Both the position numbers and the translations under genes were made by a program. From the NCBI RefSeq assembly GCF_003334385.1, contig NZ_QOWN01000001.1: a stretch of DNA of 64,000 nucleotides; one strand, 5' to 3'. The notes under the pieces are model-generated. The model made no database searches. It saw nothing but the letters and a program-made list of their open reading frames with translations, and had not been told where the DNA came from. This DNA comes from Escherichia coli. GTDB lineage: Bacteria > Pseudomonadota > Gammaproteobacteria > Enterobacterales > Enterobacteriaceae. Of the stretch, positions 1-13,924 are shown in pieces; within the stretch, counting starts at the first letter, position 1; each line of letters opens with the position of its first letter.

Positions 1-805
1 CCATTCAATGCCAAGACCGTAATAGAGCGGCGTTGGCACCATAATCAGTTCTTGCGTCATAGGTTCGTTGCTTTCTGGCAACATGCCCATAAACCACGCC
101 AGCGCATATCCGGCCGCCATCGCAATTACCAGTGAGGCCACGCGTAAGTAAGGGTTACGTTGACGGTTAAGCAGGATAATTAAGGCTAAGACCACGCCTG
201 CCAGCAGCAGATTTTTCGGTGCGCCGAAGGTGTTATCGCTCATGGCTGCGTAACCGCCGCCAATGGACGTTAACCCAACCTGAATTAGCGACAGGCCGAT
301 AATCATCACCACAACGCCAGAAACCAGCGGCGTAATAATGCGGCGCGCCAGATGCAGAACGCGGGAGATCACCATCTCGGTGCAACTTGCCAGCATCAAC
401 GTGCCGAACAAAGCCGCCATCATGGTAGGAACATCAGCACCACCGGTTTTCAGCGCGGTACCGCCCATAATCAGCGGGGCAACAAAGTTGAAGCTGGTGC
501 CCTGAATAGACAACAGCCCGGAGCCAACCGGACCCCAGGCCTTAATTTGAATAATCGATGCCACACCGGAGGCAAACAGCGACATACTAATAATGTGTTG
601 CGTGTCTTGTGCCGGTAAACCCAGCGCCTGGCAGATTAATAGCGCTGGCGTGATCACCGCAACGAACATCGCCAGCAGATGCTGACAGGCGGCAAACAGG
701 GTTTGAGGAAGCGGCGGACGATCTTCAAGACGGTAAATCAGTTCGCTGTTTTGAGTCTGCGCAACCGGTTGCGCATTTTCTGACTCGAGGGTGGAAACAG
801 ACATC
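1..805 (-). CDS. xanP: Xanthine permease XanP (NCS2 family), N-terminal part; 3' end lies beyond window start
   Basis: Minus-strand frame open to the window edge; ATG at 803-805; my translation begins [33 protein letters not shown], recognised as XanP; divergent from gltS. Confidence 0.85.
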
Positions 806-1083
806 GAAAACAATCCCGTGGTAGCAAAGCGGGCATTTTAGCTGACCGAAAGAGAAAAGCAAACGTTTGCCACATCCTCATCTAAATATTTAAATGAGAT
901 AAATGCACTTTTTTATATAACTTTTGGTATTTTTCTGCTTAAAATCCATGCCATTTGTTCATTAACAGCTGAGAATTTGACCCAGGAAAGCATAACTCGA
1001 TACCCGTCATAGTTCATGAAGTTGCCACTGCGCGATGAAGTATGACGAGTATGAAAGAGTGATGCGGATACAAAGGAGTAACT

Positions 1084-2289
1084 ATGTTTCATCTCGATAC
1101 TTTAGCAACGCTTGTTGCCGCAACGCTGACGTTGCTGCTCGGGCGTAAGTTGGTCCATTCCGTCTCCTTTTTGAAGAAATACACCATACCGGAACCTGTT
1201 GCGGGTGGTTTGTTGGTGGCGCTGGCGCTACTAGTACTGAAAAAAAGCATGGGCTGGGAAGTCAACTTTGATATGTCCCTGCGCGATCCGTTAATGCTGG
1301 CTTTCTTCGCCACCATTGGCCTGAACGCCAACATTGCCAGTTTGCGTGCCGGTGGGCGTGTGGTTGGCATCTTCTTGATTGTGGTTGTTGGTCTGTTGGT
1401 GATGCAAAATGCCATTGGCATTGGTATGGCTAGCTTGTTAGGGCTTGATCCGCTGATGGGGCTGTTGGCCGGTTCTATTACGCTTTCCGGCGGTCACGGT
1501 ACGGGCGCTGCGTGGAGTAAATTGTTCATTGAACGTTATGGCTTCACCAATGCGACGGAAGTGGCGATGGCCTGTGCAACGTTCGGTCTGGTGCTGGGCG
1601 GCTTGATTGGCGGTCCGGTGGCGCGCTATCTGGTGAAACACTCCACCACGCCGAACGGTATTCCGGATGACCAGGAAGTCCCGACGGCGTTTGAAAAGCC
1701 GGATGTGGGACGCATGATCACCTCGTTGGTGCTGATTGAAACTATCGCGCTGATTGCTATCTGCCTGACGGTGGGGAAAATTGTTGCGCAACTTTTGGCT
1801 GGCACTGCTTTTGAACTGCCGACCTTCGTCTGTGTACTGTTTGTTGGCGTGATTCTGAGCAACGGTCTGTCAATAATGGGCTTTTACCGCGTCTTTGAGC
1901 GTGCGGTATCCGTGCTGGGTAACGTAAGCTTGTCGTTGTTCCTGGCGATGGCGTTGATGGGGCTGAAACTGTGGGAGCTGGCTTCGCTGGCGCTGCCGAT
2001 GCTGGCGATTCTGGTGGTACAGACCATCTTCATGGCGTTGTATGCCATCTTCGTTACCTGGCGCATGATGGGCAAAAACTACGATGCGGCAGTGCTGGCT
2101 GCGGGTCACTGTGGTTTTGGCCTCGGTGCAACGCCAACGGCAATCGCCAACATGCAGGCGATCACTGAACGCTTTGGCCCGTCGCACATGGCGTTTTTGG
2201 TGGTGCCGATGGTCGGTGCGTTCTTTATCGATATCGTCAATGCGCTGGTAATTAAGTTGTATTTGATGTTGCCGATTTTTGCCGGTTAA
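1084..2289 (+). CDS. gltS: Sodium/glutamate symporter GltS
   Basis: 401-aa ORF, polytopic membrane protein; sequence recognised as GltS. Confidence 0.95.
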   Translation: MFHLDTLATLVAATLTLLLGRKLVHSVSFLKKYTIPEPVAGGLLVALALLVLKKSMGWEVNFDMSLRDPLMLAFFATIGLNANIASLRAGGRVVGIFLIVVVGLLVMQNAIGIGMASLLGLDPLMGLLAGSITLSGGHGTGAAWSKLFIERYGFTNATEVAMACATFGLVLGGLIGGPVARYLVKHSTTPNGIPDDQEVPTAFEKPDVGRMITSLVLIETIALIAICLTVGKIVAQLLAGTAFELPTFVCVLFVGVILSNGLSIMGFYRVFERAVSVLGNVSLSLFLAMALMGLKLWELASLALPMLAILVVQTIFMALYAIFVTWRMMGKNYDAAVLAAGHCGFGLGATPTAIANMQAITERFGPSHMAFLVVPMVGAFFIDIVNALVIKLYLMLPIFAG

Positions 2290-2457
2290 CCGATGAAGCG
2301 GCGGTAGAAGTGCCGCCGCAACAAAGACAAATGCCTGATACGCTTCGCTTATCAAGCCTGCGTATTGATTCATAATTTATTGAATTTGTAGGGTGATGAA
2401 TCGCATCCGGCAGGAAGGTAGGGTAACCTGAAATGGCGGTCTTCTCACTGCCGCCTT

Positions 2458-4539
2458 TTACGCATTCGAGTAACGTTCCGTCTCCGGCATCCAGCGTTCT
2501 ATCAGGGCTTTTGCCTGTTGTGGGTAACGTTCGTGAATATGGCGTGCCAGGCGCTGAACTTCCGGGATCATCGCCTGATCGCGCAGTAAATCCGCCACTT
2601 TAAATTCAGCATTACCCGTCTGACGCGTGCCTAACAATTCGCCAGGGCCGCGAATCTCCAGATCTTTTTGCGCAATCACAAAACCGTCGTTACTGTCGCG
2701 CAGCACTTGCAGGCGAATTTGCGCCGTTTTAGAAAGCGGCGTTTTGTAGAGCAGCACGCAGTGAGAAGCCACCGCGCCACGACCTACGCGCCCGCGCAGC
2801 TGGTGTAACTGCGCCAGACCCAGACGCTCCGGGTTTTCGATAATCATCAGACTGGCGTTAGGCACATCAACGCCGACTTCAATAACGGTTGTGGCAACCA
2901 GCAGGTGTAGCTCACCTTGTTTAAACGACGCCATCACCGCCTGTTTCTCGGCAGGTTTCATCCGCCCGTGTACCAGGCCAACGTTCAACTCTGGTAGCGC
3001 CAGTTTCAACTCTTCCCAGGTAGCTTCCGCCGCCTGCGCTTCCAGCAATTCCGACTCTTCAATCAACGTACAAACCCAGTATGCCTGACGACCTTCAGTT
3101 ATGCAGGCGTGGTGCACGCGGTCAATGATGTCGGTACGGCGGGTATCAGGAATAGCGACCGTAGTCACTGGCGTGCGGCCTGGCGGCAGCTCATCTATCA
3201 CCGAGGTATCGAGATCGGCATACGCAGTCATTGCCAGCGTGCGGGGGATCGGCGTGGCGGTCATGATCAACTGATGCGGATGGAAGCCCTGCTGCTGGCC
3301 TTTCTCCCACAATGCCAGACGCTGATGCACGCCAAAACGATGCTGTTCGTCGATAATCACCAGCGCCAGGCCGTTAAACTGCACCTGTTCCTGGAAGATG
3401 GCGTGTGTACCGACAATCATCTGCACCTGACCGCTGGCGATGGCTTCCTGCTGTGCCAGCCGTGCTTTACCTTTCTGCTTACCGGCGAGCCAGCCCACTT
3501 CGATACCGAGCGGTGCAAACCAGTTGCGGAAGTTATTGGCGTGCTGCTCGGCGAGTAATTCGGTTGGTGCCATCAATGCTACCTGTTTGCCGTGGGCAAT
3601 CGCACGCAACGCGGCGAGGGCGGCGACCAGCGTTTTACCGGAACCTACATCGCCCTGCACCAGACGCATCATCGGCACATCCAGCGCCATATCGCGCTCG
3701 ATCTCCGCCACTACGCGTGCCTGTGCGCCCGTTGGCTTGAACGGTAAGGCGGCGAGGAGTTTATTTTTCAGCGTGTCATTGGCGCTCAGCGGCTGGGCAT
3801 GAAAACGCTGTGCTCCGGCACGTAAGGCTAACATGCTGAGGTTGTGCGCCAGCAGTTCTTCCAGAATCAGACGACGTTGCGCCGGATGCTGCCCGGTTTC
3901 CAGATCGCTAAGCTGTAGCGTCGGTGGCGGGCGGTGCAAAGTGCGCAACGCTTCCGGTAGCGTCATCATTCCTTGTGACAGTTCCGGCGGCAGGAGTTCT
4001 TCAATGGCGCAGGTGTCGAGCAGATCCAGCGCCTGGTCGGTTAATTTACGCAGCGTGGCCTGCTTTACGCCTTCCGTTGTTGGATAAACCGGCGTGAGCG
4101 TTTCCTGTAATTCTGGCGTGCTGAGATCGCCCTGCACGCGGTATTCCGGGTGGATCATCTCCGCACCATATTTACCGCGCTTTGCTTCGCCATAAGCCAG
4201 TACACGGCGGCCCGCCGCCAGGCTATTTTTCATTGCCGCGCTGAAATTGAAAAAGCGCATGGTGAGGATGCCGGAACCGTCGCTGATCTGGCAGGTCATC
4301 ATCCGCCGACCGCCGAAGGAGATATTGCAGTTCAGCACTTCGCCTTCCACCGTGGCATAAACGCCCGGCAGTAGTTCTCCGATGGGGTAGAGATGGGTGC
4401 GATCTTCGTAGCGCAGGGGAAGGTGTAAGAGTAGATCCTGCACGGTATGCAGGTTGATTTTCGCCAGTTTGTTACTAAGTGCTGCGCCAACGCCCGTTAG
4501 GGAACTGAGTGGGACAGCATCTAACAGGCGACCTTTCAT
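2458..4539 (-). CDS. recG: ATP-dependent DNA helicase RecG
   Basis: ORF track frame 2458..4572; start moved to internal Met (MKGRLLDAVPLSSLTGVGA...) giving 693 aa; helicase motifs (GSGKT, DEQHRFG) present. Confidence 0.95.
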   Translation of the reverse strand: MKGRLLDAVPLSSLTGVGAALSNKLAKINLHTVQDLLLHLPLRYEDRTHLYPIGELLPGVYATVEGEVLNCNISFGGRRMMTCQISDGSGILTMRFFNFSAAMKNSLAAGRRVLAYGEAKRGKYGAEMIHPEYRVQGDLSTPELQETLTPVYPTTEGVKQATLRKLTDQALDLLDTCAIEELLPPELSQGMMTLPEALRTLHRPPPTLQLSDLETGQHPAQRRLILEELLAHNLSMLALRAGAQRFHAQPLSANDTLKNKLLAALPFKPTGAQARVVAEIERDMALDVPMMRLVQGDVGSGKTLVAALAALRAIAHGKQVALMAPTELLAEQHANNFRNWFAPLGIEVGWLAGKQKGKARLAQQEAIASGQVQMIVGTHAIFQEQVQFNGLALVIIDEQHRFGVHQRLALWEKGQQQGFHPHQLIMTATPIPRTLAMTAYADLDTSVIDELPPGRTPVTTVAIPDTRRTDIIDRVHHACITEGRQAYWVCTLIEESELLEAQAAEATWEELKLALPELNVGLVHGRMKPAEKQAVMASFKQGELHLLVATTVIEVGVDVPNASLMIIENPERLGLAQLHQLRGRVGRGAVASHCVLLYKTPLSKTAQIRLQVLRDSNDGFVIAQKDLEIRGPGELLGTRQTGNAEFKVADLLRDQAMIPEVQRLARHIHERYPQQAKALIERWMPETERYSNA

Positions 4540-4544
4540 GGCAC

Positions 4545-5234
4545 TTACCCTGCAGCCTGCATAGTAGCCCACCAGTCGGCATCAGCTTCGATCTCGCCTT
4601 GCTGATTGACGTGGGGATAAGGCAGGCCTTTGCGTTTTGCGACTTTCGCCAGCACCGGATAGCCGCCTTCAAACAACAGGCGTTGTTGCTCTGCTTCCGG
4701 CAACATGCTGTTTTCACGCAGGTACATGCCTGCATTTTGCCGCTGACGCTGGGCTTCGTAAAGAATGAGGGCTGAGGCAACGGAAACATTCAGCGACTGC
4801 ACCATGCCGATCATCGGAATGATGATGTCCTGATCCGCCAGGGCCAATGCTTCCTGCGTGATGCCCGTTTTCTCCTGTCCCATCAAAATGCAGGTCGGGC
4901 GAGTGTAATCAATTTCGCGGAAATCGACAGCGTTATCAGAAAGATGGGTTGCCAGAATCTGCATGCCCTGGCCTTTGAGATGAGCGACGGCATCGCCAAT
5001 GGTGCGGTGTGTTTTCACCTGTACCCAGCTGTTACTACCCGCCGCTGCCGAAGCCATGGTGCGCATGCGGCTACCAGGCCAGACGGCGTGAACTTCATGT
5101 ACGCCAACGGCATCTGCGGTACGAATAATCGCAGAAACGTTATGAGGTTTGTGGACCTGCTCCATGCAGACGGTCAGATCAGGCTGCCGCCTGGCGAGCA
5201 TTTCGCAGATGCGTGCATAACGTGTTGGGTTCAT
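4545..5234 (-). CDS. trmH: tRNA (Gm18) 2'-O-methyltransferase TrmH (SpoU)
   Basis: 229-aa ORF recognised as TrmH; lies between spoT and recG in the spo operon. Confidence 0.93.
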   Translation of the reverse strand: MNPTRYARICEMLARRQPDLTVCMEQVHKPHNVSAIIRTADAVGVHEVHAVWPGSRMRTMASAAAGSNSWVQVKTHRTIGDAVAHLKGQGMQILATHLSDNAVDFREIDYTRPTCILMGQEKTGITQEALALADQDIIIPMIGMVQSLNVSVASALILYEAQRQRQNAGMYLRENSMLPEAEQQRLLFEGGYPVLAKVAKRKGLPYPHVNQQGEIEADADWWATMQAAG

Positions 5235-5240
5235 AAAACA

Positions 5241-7349
5241 TTAATTTCGGTTTCGGGTGACTTTAATCACGTCTGGCATCACGCGGATTTTGCGCATGAT
5301 ATTCGCCAGATGCACACGGTCACGAGCGGTCAGACGAATAAAGGCGCTGTAGACGCGACCATCTTTCTCTTCCGTATTCAAACTTTGAATATTCGAAGTC
5401 GTGGTGTTAATTGCCGCCGTCAGGTTTGCCAGCGCACCCTGATGATTGAACATCTCCACCTTGATTTCGGTGATGAACTCCTGCGCCGTCTCTTTATCCC
5501 ATTCCACAGCCATAAACTTCTCTGGCTCTTTCTGGTAGCCACGGATATTACGGCAGGATTCATGGTGGATCACCAGACCTTTACCGGGGCTGACGTGGGC
5601 GATAATCGGGTCGCCAGGAATAGGGCGGCAGCATTTCGCAAAGGTGATCAGCACGCCATCGGCACCTTTAATGGGCAGATGTCCGTGGCTTTGGGTTGCC
5701 GGTGGAATGGAGGCGTCCCCATGTTGCAGATTTTTCGCGACCACCACGCTCATTGCGTTACCAAGTCCGATTTCTGCCAGCAGATCGTCAAGCGTTGCCA
5801 GCTTCATGCGATCCAGCTCGCGCTGAATATTTTCCTGCGGGATTTCATTCAGCTTACGGCTACCACCCAAAGCATGGTTGAGCAGACGACGGCCCAGGCT
5901 TACAGAATCATCACGCTTGAGGTTTTTCAGCAACTGACGAATTTTGGCGCGCGCTTTCGAGCTAACGACAAAGTTCAGCCAAGCGGCATTCGGGCGAGCG
6001 CCCGGAGCGGTAATGATTTCAACGGTTTGACCGCTGGTAAGCGGCTGCGACAGCGGGTAAGGCTGGCGGTCAACGCGTGCGCCCACGCAGGCATGACCGA
6101 TATCGGTATGCACTGCATAAGCGAAGTCGACGGGCGTTGCACCGGCAGGCAGCTCGACAATGCGCCCTTCCGGTGTGAAAACGTAAATCTCATCCGGGAA
6201 GAGATCGGATTTAACGCTCTCGATAAATTCAAACGAACTACCGGCGCTCTGTTGCAGCTCCAGCAGGCTTTGCATCCAGCGCTGGGCGCGGATTTGTGCG
6301 GTAGTACTGGTTTCGCCGTGCTCTTTATAAGCCCAGTGCGCGGCAACACCCATCTCCGCCATCTGGTCCATATCTTCGGTACGGATCTGGACCTCAACCG
6401 GCACACCGTGCGGGCCGATCATCGAGGTGTGCAAAGACTGATAGCCGTTCGCTTTTGGAATGGCGATATAGTCTTTCACGCGGCCCGGACGCGGCTTGTA
6501 CAGGCTGTGCATCTGGCCCAGCACGCGATAACAGGTGTCAGAATCATTGACGATCACGCGGAAAGCGTAGATGTCCATGATCGAGTGAAAACGCTGCTCT
6601 TTGAGCACCATTTTGCAGTAAATCGAATAAAGATGCTTCTCGCGACCACTGACGCGGCACGGTATTCCCGCTTCCTGCAAACGCCCTTCGATTTCAGAAA
6701 GAATCTTCTGGATCATCTCTTTACGGTTGCCGCGCGCGGCTTTCACCACTTCTTTGATTACGCGATAACGGTTGGGATACAGCGCCTCAAAACCCAGCTC
6801 TTCGAGTTCGGTTTTAATGTGGTGGATACCTAAACGGTGCGCCAGCGGGCTATAAATTTCGAGAGTTTCACGGGCGATGCGGCGACGTTTGTCCGGGCGA
6901 AGTGAGCCCAGCGTGCGCATGTTGTGGGTACGGTCGGCAAGTTTGATGAGGATGACGCGGATATCCTGCACCATCGCCATAATCATCTTGCGAAAGTTTT
7001 CGGCCTGCGCCTCTTTCTTATCGCGGAACTTGAGTTTATCAAGTTTCGACACCCCCTCTACCAGCTCGGCGACGCTTTTACCAAAAAGCTGTTCCATATC
7101 CTGGTAGGTGGCGGGAGTATCTTCAATCACGTCATGCAGCAGCGCCGCCATCAGCGTTTCATAGTCGAGTTTCATCTCGGCCAGAATGCAGGCAACCGCT
7201 ACCGGGTGCGTGATATAGGGTTCACCGCTTGAACGTGTTTGCCCCTCGTGAGCATCACGTGCAACGAGATACGCCTGCCGCAGACGCTTGATTTGGTCTT
7301 CCGGCAGGTAGGTTTGAATCAGTTGATTCAGGCTTTCAAACAGATACAA
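5241..7349 (-). CDS. spoT: Bifunctional (p)ppGpp synthetase II / ppGpp pyrophosphohydrolase SpoT
   Basis: 702-aa ORF beginning MYLFESLNQLIQTY; HD hydrolase and RelA/SpoT synthetase regions; initiator codon is TTG (revcomp of 7347-7349). Confidence 0.96.
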   Translation of the reverse strand: MYLFESLNQLIQTYLPEDQIKRLRQAYLVARDAHEGQTRSSGEPYITHPVAVACILAEMKLDYETLMAALLHDVIEDTPATYQDMEQLFGKSVAELVEGVSKLDKLKFRDKKEAQAENFRKMIMAMVQDIRVILIKLADRTHNMRTLGSLRPDKRRRIARETLEIYSPLAHRLGIHHIKTELEELGFEALYPNRYRVIKEVVKAARGNRKEMIQKILSEIEGRLQEAGIPCRVSGREKHLYSIYCKMVLKEQRFHSIMDIYAFRVIVNDSDTCYRVLGQMHSLYKPRPGRVKDYIAIPKANGYQSLHTSMIGPHGVPVEVQIRTEDMDQMAEMGVAAHWAYKEHGETSTTAQIRAQRWMQSLLELQQSAGSSFEFIESVKSDLFPDEIYVFTPEGRIVELPAGATPVDFAYAVHTDIGHACVGARVDRQPYPLSQPLTSGQTVEIITAPGARPNAAWLNFVVSSKARAKIRQLLKNLKRDDSVSLGRRLLNHALGGSRKLNEIPQENIQRELDRMKLATLDDLLAEIGLGNAMSVVVAKNLQHGDASIPPATQSHGHLPIKGADGVLITFAKCCRPIPGDPIIAHVSPGKGLVIHHESCRNIRGYQKEPEKFMAVEWDKETAQEFITEIKVEMFNHQGALANLTAAINTTTSNIQSLNTEEKDGRVYSAFIRLTARDRVHLANIMRKIRVMPDVIKVTRNRN

Positions 7350-7367
7350 GGGCGACCCGCTTTGTGA

Positions 7368-7643
7368 TTAACGACGACCTTCAGCAATAGCGGTAACGGC
7401 TTGTAATTCAGCGGCTTCCTGCTCTTGCTGTTCCTGGCGTTCGCGAACGTCGAGGATCTGGTTGTTGATCAGACCTTCTTCGATTTCGCGCAGCGCGATT
7501 ACAGTGGTTTTATCGTTTTCTTCCGGTACCAGCGGATCCTTTCCGCCTACCTGCATCTGACGAGCGCGACGCGCGGCGACCAGTACCAGGTCAAAACGGT
7601 TACCAATTTTCTCTACAGCGTCCTGAACAGTTACGCGTGCCAT
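7368..7643 (-). CDS. rpoZ: RNA polymerase omega subunit
   Basis: 91-aa [32 protein letters not shown]... recognised as RpoZ. Confidence 0.95.
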
Positions 7644-7697
7644 ACTTAAAAAGCTCCACAGGTGAAGAAATGACTGGGCATGATACTGAAATCAGGT

Positions 7698-10875
<3,178 letters not shown>

Positions 10876-11165
10876 GGTTCTCTCCCTAAAAATCTGTCTG
10901 GCAGGGTAGCGATTTGTGCGCATTGTCACGATTGAGATTTTTTAAGGGGAGGGGAAATTGATAACTTGTAGTTATGTGAAATCGCTATTTTCTGTAGCAG
11001 AGATGCATTCTTCTGACTTCTTGTCTGAGAAAATGCATAAGAAAAAATAGGTTAAAACTGAGGGGGGAAAAGAAAGGTGCAATATTTAGCCATTGTGTTC
11101 ACTGCACCTGGACCTTGGCTTACGCATCGGGTGTCTCAATCAACAAAAAGAGTTTTTAGTTTCTG

Positions 11166-11990
11166 CTATTTCTTCTCTGTAATTTTTACACTGTTTTCCA
11201 ACTGCTTGATGCTGACCTGCGGGGTCGGCAACTCCTCAGGCATGGTTCCGCCAAGTTCCTGAATGGTTTGCCTCACCTTGCGACCCACGTCAAAGTGTGT
11301 GGTGTTTGCTTGCTGTTTTGAATTCACGCCATCCCGCTTGAGTTTTTCTTCTGTTTGGGTAGCTCGAAAGAGATTAGCCGCCAGTTCTGTTGAACCCATA
11401 TGATCCAGGATCTTCTGATTCTTTTTCAGCCCCTTCCGCTGATGAATAGCTTTCTGATCTAATCCACCATACAGCCCCTGGTAACCATGATTCTGAAATA
11501 TGGCGAAATCAGTAGCTGTCGCTACCCCAGCTTGCTGTGCTGCCTCAACCAATTGTTTGTTATGTTCTTTCAACTCATTTCTCAGAAACAGACGCTTTTC
11601 GTCTTCACGAAGTTGCTTAAATGCTTCATCGTCAGCAAGCTCCTGCCGTCGGGTCTGGATAGCAAAATAAGTCTGCCCTGCCGCAATGACCGGTTTCGCA
11701 GGGTCGCCGTTTTGTACTACCAGGTAACAGGCATAGCGGGAGAGTACGATGTCTTTTAATGCTCTTTTGGCATTTGAGCCAATTTTGACCATATCGAGGA
11801 TCTCCTCGAAATGGTCATCAATTGTGTGACCACTGTTCTCACAGGCTTCTTTGGCGCGCGTTAATACAGGTATAAAGTGACGATACTCTGAATAACCCAG
11901 TAGTTTCCCAAGTTGTCTTGCTGACCATTGTTCTGCTCCGTTTGCATTAATCAGTTTTATCTCTTCAAAAGGTTGATGATGTTCGTTCAT
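11166..11990 (-). CDS. dinD: DNA damage-inducible protein DinD
   Basis: ORF track frame 11166..12002; start at MNEHHQPFEEIKLINANG (274 aa); LexA box sits just upstream. Confidence 0.88.
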   Translation of the reverse strand: MNEHHQPFEEIKLINANGAEQWSARQLGKLLGYSEYRHFIPVLTRAKEACENSGHTIDDHFEEILDMVKIGSNAKRALKDIVLSRYACYLVVQNGDPAKPVIAAGQTYFAIQTRRQELADDEAFKQLREDEKRLFLRNELKEHNKQLVEAAQQAGVATATDFAIFQNHGYQGLYGGLDQKAIHQRKGLKKNQKILDHMGSTELAANLFRATQTEEKLKRDGVNSKQQANTTHFDVGRKVRQTIQELGGTMPEELPTPQVSIKQLENSVKITEKK

Positions 11991-12035
11991 TGCCCACTCC
12001 ATGTGATATCAATTGCAAAGAAAGTAAATCTGTAA

Positions 12036-12051
12036 CTGTATTTATATACAG
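12036..12051. promoter_or_regulatory. LexA operator (SOS box) in the dinD promoter
   Basis: Palindrome CTGTATTTATATACAG matching CTGT-N8-ACAG, about 45 bp upstream of the dinD start. Confidence 0.8.
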
Positions 12052-12210
12052 TTGTGAGTATCTCACGTTCTCAGTGTGCTGGGCAAAAAAACATCGCAAA
12101 ATCTGGAGCAGGCACGCAAAACAGAATTGAATGTTGCGGGGAAGAAAAATGCCGCTCTGTTTGAGTGGCGGCATTTGTGAAGGCGGAAAAGTAAGAATTG
12201 GCGTTACGAG

Positions 12211-13074
12211 TTATTCGATGTTCTGAATCTGCTCGCGCATCTGCTCAATCAACACTTTCAGCTCGATGGCGGAGTTTGTCACTTCGGCATTGATAGACTT
12301 CGACGCAAGAGTGTTCGACTCGCGGTTGAACTCCTGCATCATAAAATCCAGACGACGACCAACCGCTTCTTTTTTCTTCAGAATGTTGTAGGTCTCTTTG
12401 ACATGCGCTTCGAGGCGATCCAGTTCTTCGGCAACGTCAATTCGTTGTGCCAGCAGAACCAGTTCCTGCTCCAGACGGTTGTTTTCCAGTTGCACCTGAG
12501 CATCTTCCAGCTTCGCGACCAGACGCTCACGCTGCCATTGCAGGATTTCCGGCATATGGGAGCGGACTTTGACCACTTCGGCGGTGACGCCTTCCAGACG
12601 CTGCTCGATCAATGCTTTCAGTGCCTGACCTTCGGTTTCGCGCGCGACAATAAAGTCGTCCAGCGTACCATCCAGCGCCGCGAGAATTTCAGCGGCAATG
12701 GCGTCAAGATCCTGCTCCTGGGCTGCCATCACGCCCGGCCAGCGTAGAATATCAACCGGGTTGATTTCCCCTTCGTCACTCTGCATTTTTACCCAGTTCG
12801 CGGCAGTTACCAGCTGTTTAGCCAGTTTTTCGTTGAGGATCAGCTCACCTTGCGCGCTAACATCTGGCTCATAGCGCAGGGTACATTCCACTTTACCGCG
12901 CGTCAGGCGAGAACGAATACGCTCGCGAACGACAGGTTCAAGGCTACGGAACTGCTCCGGCAGACGAAAGTAAGTTTCCAGATAACGCTGGTTTACCGAG
13001 CGCATTTCCCAGGTTGCGCTCCCCCATTCACCCTTGATTTCACGCCGGGCGTAGGCGGTCATACTGCGGATCAT
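12211..13074 (-). CDS. yicC: UPF0701 protein YicC
   Basis: 287-aa ORF recognised as YicC. Confidence 0.9.
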   Translation of the reverse strand: MIRSMTAYARREIKGEWGSATWEMRSVNQRYLETYFRLPEQFRSLEPVVRERIRSRLTRGKVECTLRYEPDVSAQGELILNEKLAKQLVTAANWVKMQSDEGEINPVDILRWPGVMAAQEQDLDAIAAEILAALDGTLDDFIVARETEGQALKALIEQRLEGVTAEVVKVRSHMPEILQWQRERLVAKLEDAQVQLENNRLEQELVLLAQRIDVAEELDRLEAHVKETYNILKKKEAVGRRLDFMMQEFNRESNTLASKSINAEVTNSAIELKVLIEQMREQIQNIE

Positions 13075-13200
13075 AGACGTTCCTGTTTATAAAAGGAGAG
13101 GTGGAAGGATTATAGCCATCGATGCCTTGTCAGGATAGGAATAACCGCCGGAAGTCCGTATAATGCGCAGCCACATTTGTTTCAAGCCGGAGATTTCAAT

Positions 13201-13917
13201 ATGCGTCCAGCAGGCCGTAGCAATAATCAGGTGCGTCCCGTTACCCTGACTCGTAACTATACAAAACATGCAGAAGGCTCGGTGCTGGTCGAATTTGGCG
13301 ATACCAAAGTGTTGTGTACCGCCTCTATTGAAGAAGGCGTGCCGCGCTTCCTGAAAGGTCAGGGCCAGGGCTGGATCACCGCAGAGTACGGCATGCTGCC
13401 ACGTTCTACCCACACCCGTAACGCTCGTGAAGCGGCGAAAGGTAAGCAGGGTGGACGCACAATGGAAATCCAGCGTCTGATCGCCCGTGCTCTTCGCGCG
13501 GCAGTAGATTTGAAAGCGCTGGGTGAGTTCACCATTACGCTGGACTGCGACGTGCTTCAGGCTGATGGTGGCACGCGTACCGCGTCGATTACGGGTGCCT
13601 GCGTGGCGCTGGTAGATGCGCTACAGAAGCTGGTGGAAAACGGCAAGCTGAAAACCAATCCGATGAAAGGGATGGTAGCCGCAGTTTCTGTCGGAATTGT
13701 GAACGGCGAAGCGGTTTGCGATCTGGAATACGTTGAAGACTCTGCCGCAGAGACCGACATGAACGTAGTGATGACCGAAGACGGGCGCATCATTGAAGTG
13801 CAGGGGACGGCAGAAGGCGAGCCGTTCACCCATGAAGAGCTACTCACCTTGTTGGCTCTGGCCCGAGGGGGAATCGAATCCATTGTAGCGACGCAGAAGG
13901 CGGCGCTGGCAAACTGA
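13201..13917 (+). CDS. rph: Ribonuclease PH, full-length (rph+)
   Basis: ORF track frame from 13177; start at ATG 13201 ([20 protein letters not shown]...), 238 aa ending ...[14 protein letters not shown]; stop TGA 13915-13917 immediately before the attenuator hairpin. Confidence 0.93.
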   Translation: MRPAGRSNNQVRPVTLTRNYTKHAEGSVLVEFGDTKVLCTASIEEGVPRFLKGQGQGWITAEYGMLPRSTHTRNAREAAKGKQGGRTMEIQRLIARALRAAVDLKALGEFTITLDCDVLQADGGTRTASITGACVALVDALQKLVENGKLKTNPMKGMVAAVSVGIVNGEAVCDLEYVEDSAAETDMNVVMTEDGRIIEVQGTAEGEPFTHEELLTLLALARGGIESIVATQKAALAN

Positions 13918-13924
13918 TTTTTAA

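Noticed and set aside
2298-2319. GC hairpin (GCGGCGG-N8-CCGCCGC) between convergent gltS and recG as a terminator
   Set aside because: No T-tract follows on either strand, so it is not a canonical intrinsic terminator; it may still be a structural element but I could not support a call.
2458-4572. N-terminally extended frames from the ORF track (recG 704 aa, gmk 226 aa, gpmM 588 aa, mtlD 488 aa, coaBC 430 aa, coaD 215 aa, yicG 223 aa, slmA 212 aa)
   Set aside because: Each contains an internal Met that reproduces the known N-terminus and product length; the upstream extensions overlap neighbouring genes or lack start context.
4944-6833. 629-aa plus-strand ORF antisense to spoT and trmH
   Set aside because: It lies entirely inside two well-supported minus-strand genes; the translation is low-complexity and rich in Arg/His/Cys, which is typical of antisense frames in GC-rich coding sequence; no credible start context.
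11077-11262. 61-aa ORF in the yicG-dinD intergenic region
   Set aside because: Overlaps the dinD 3' end, has no ribosome-binding site I could see, and the peptide is low-complexity; most likely chance.
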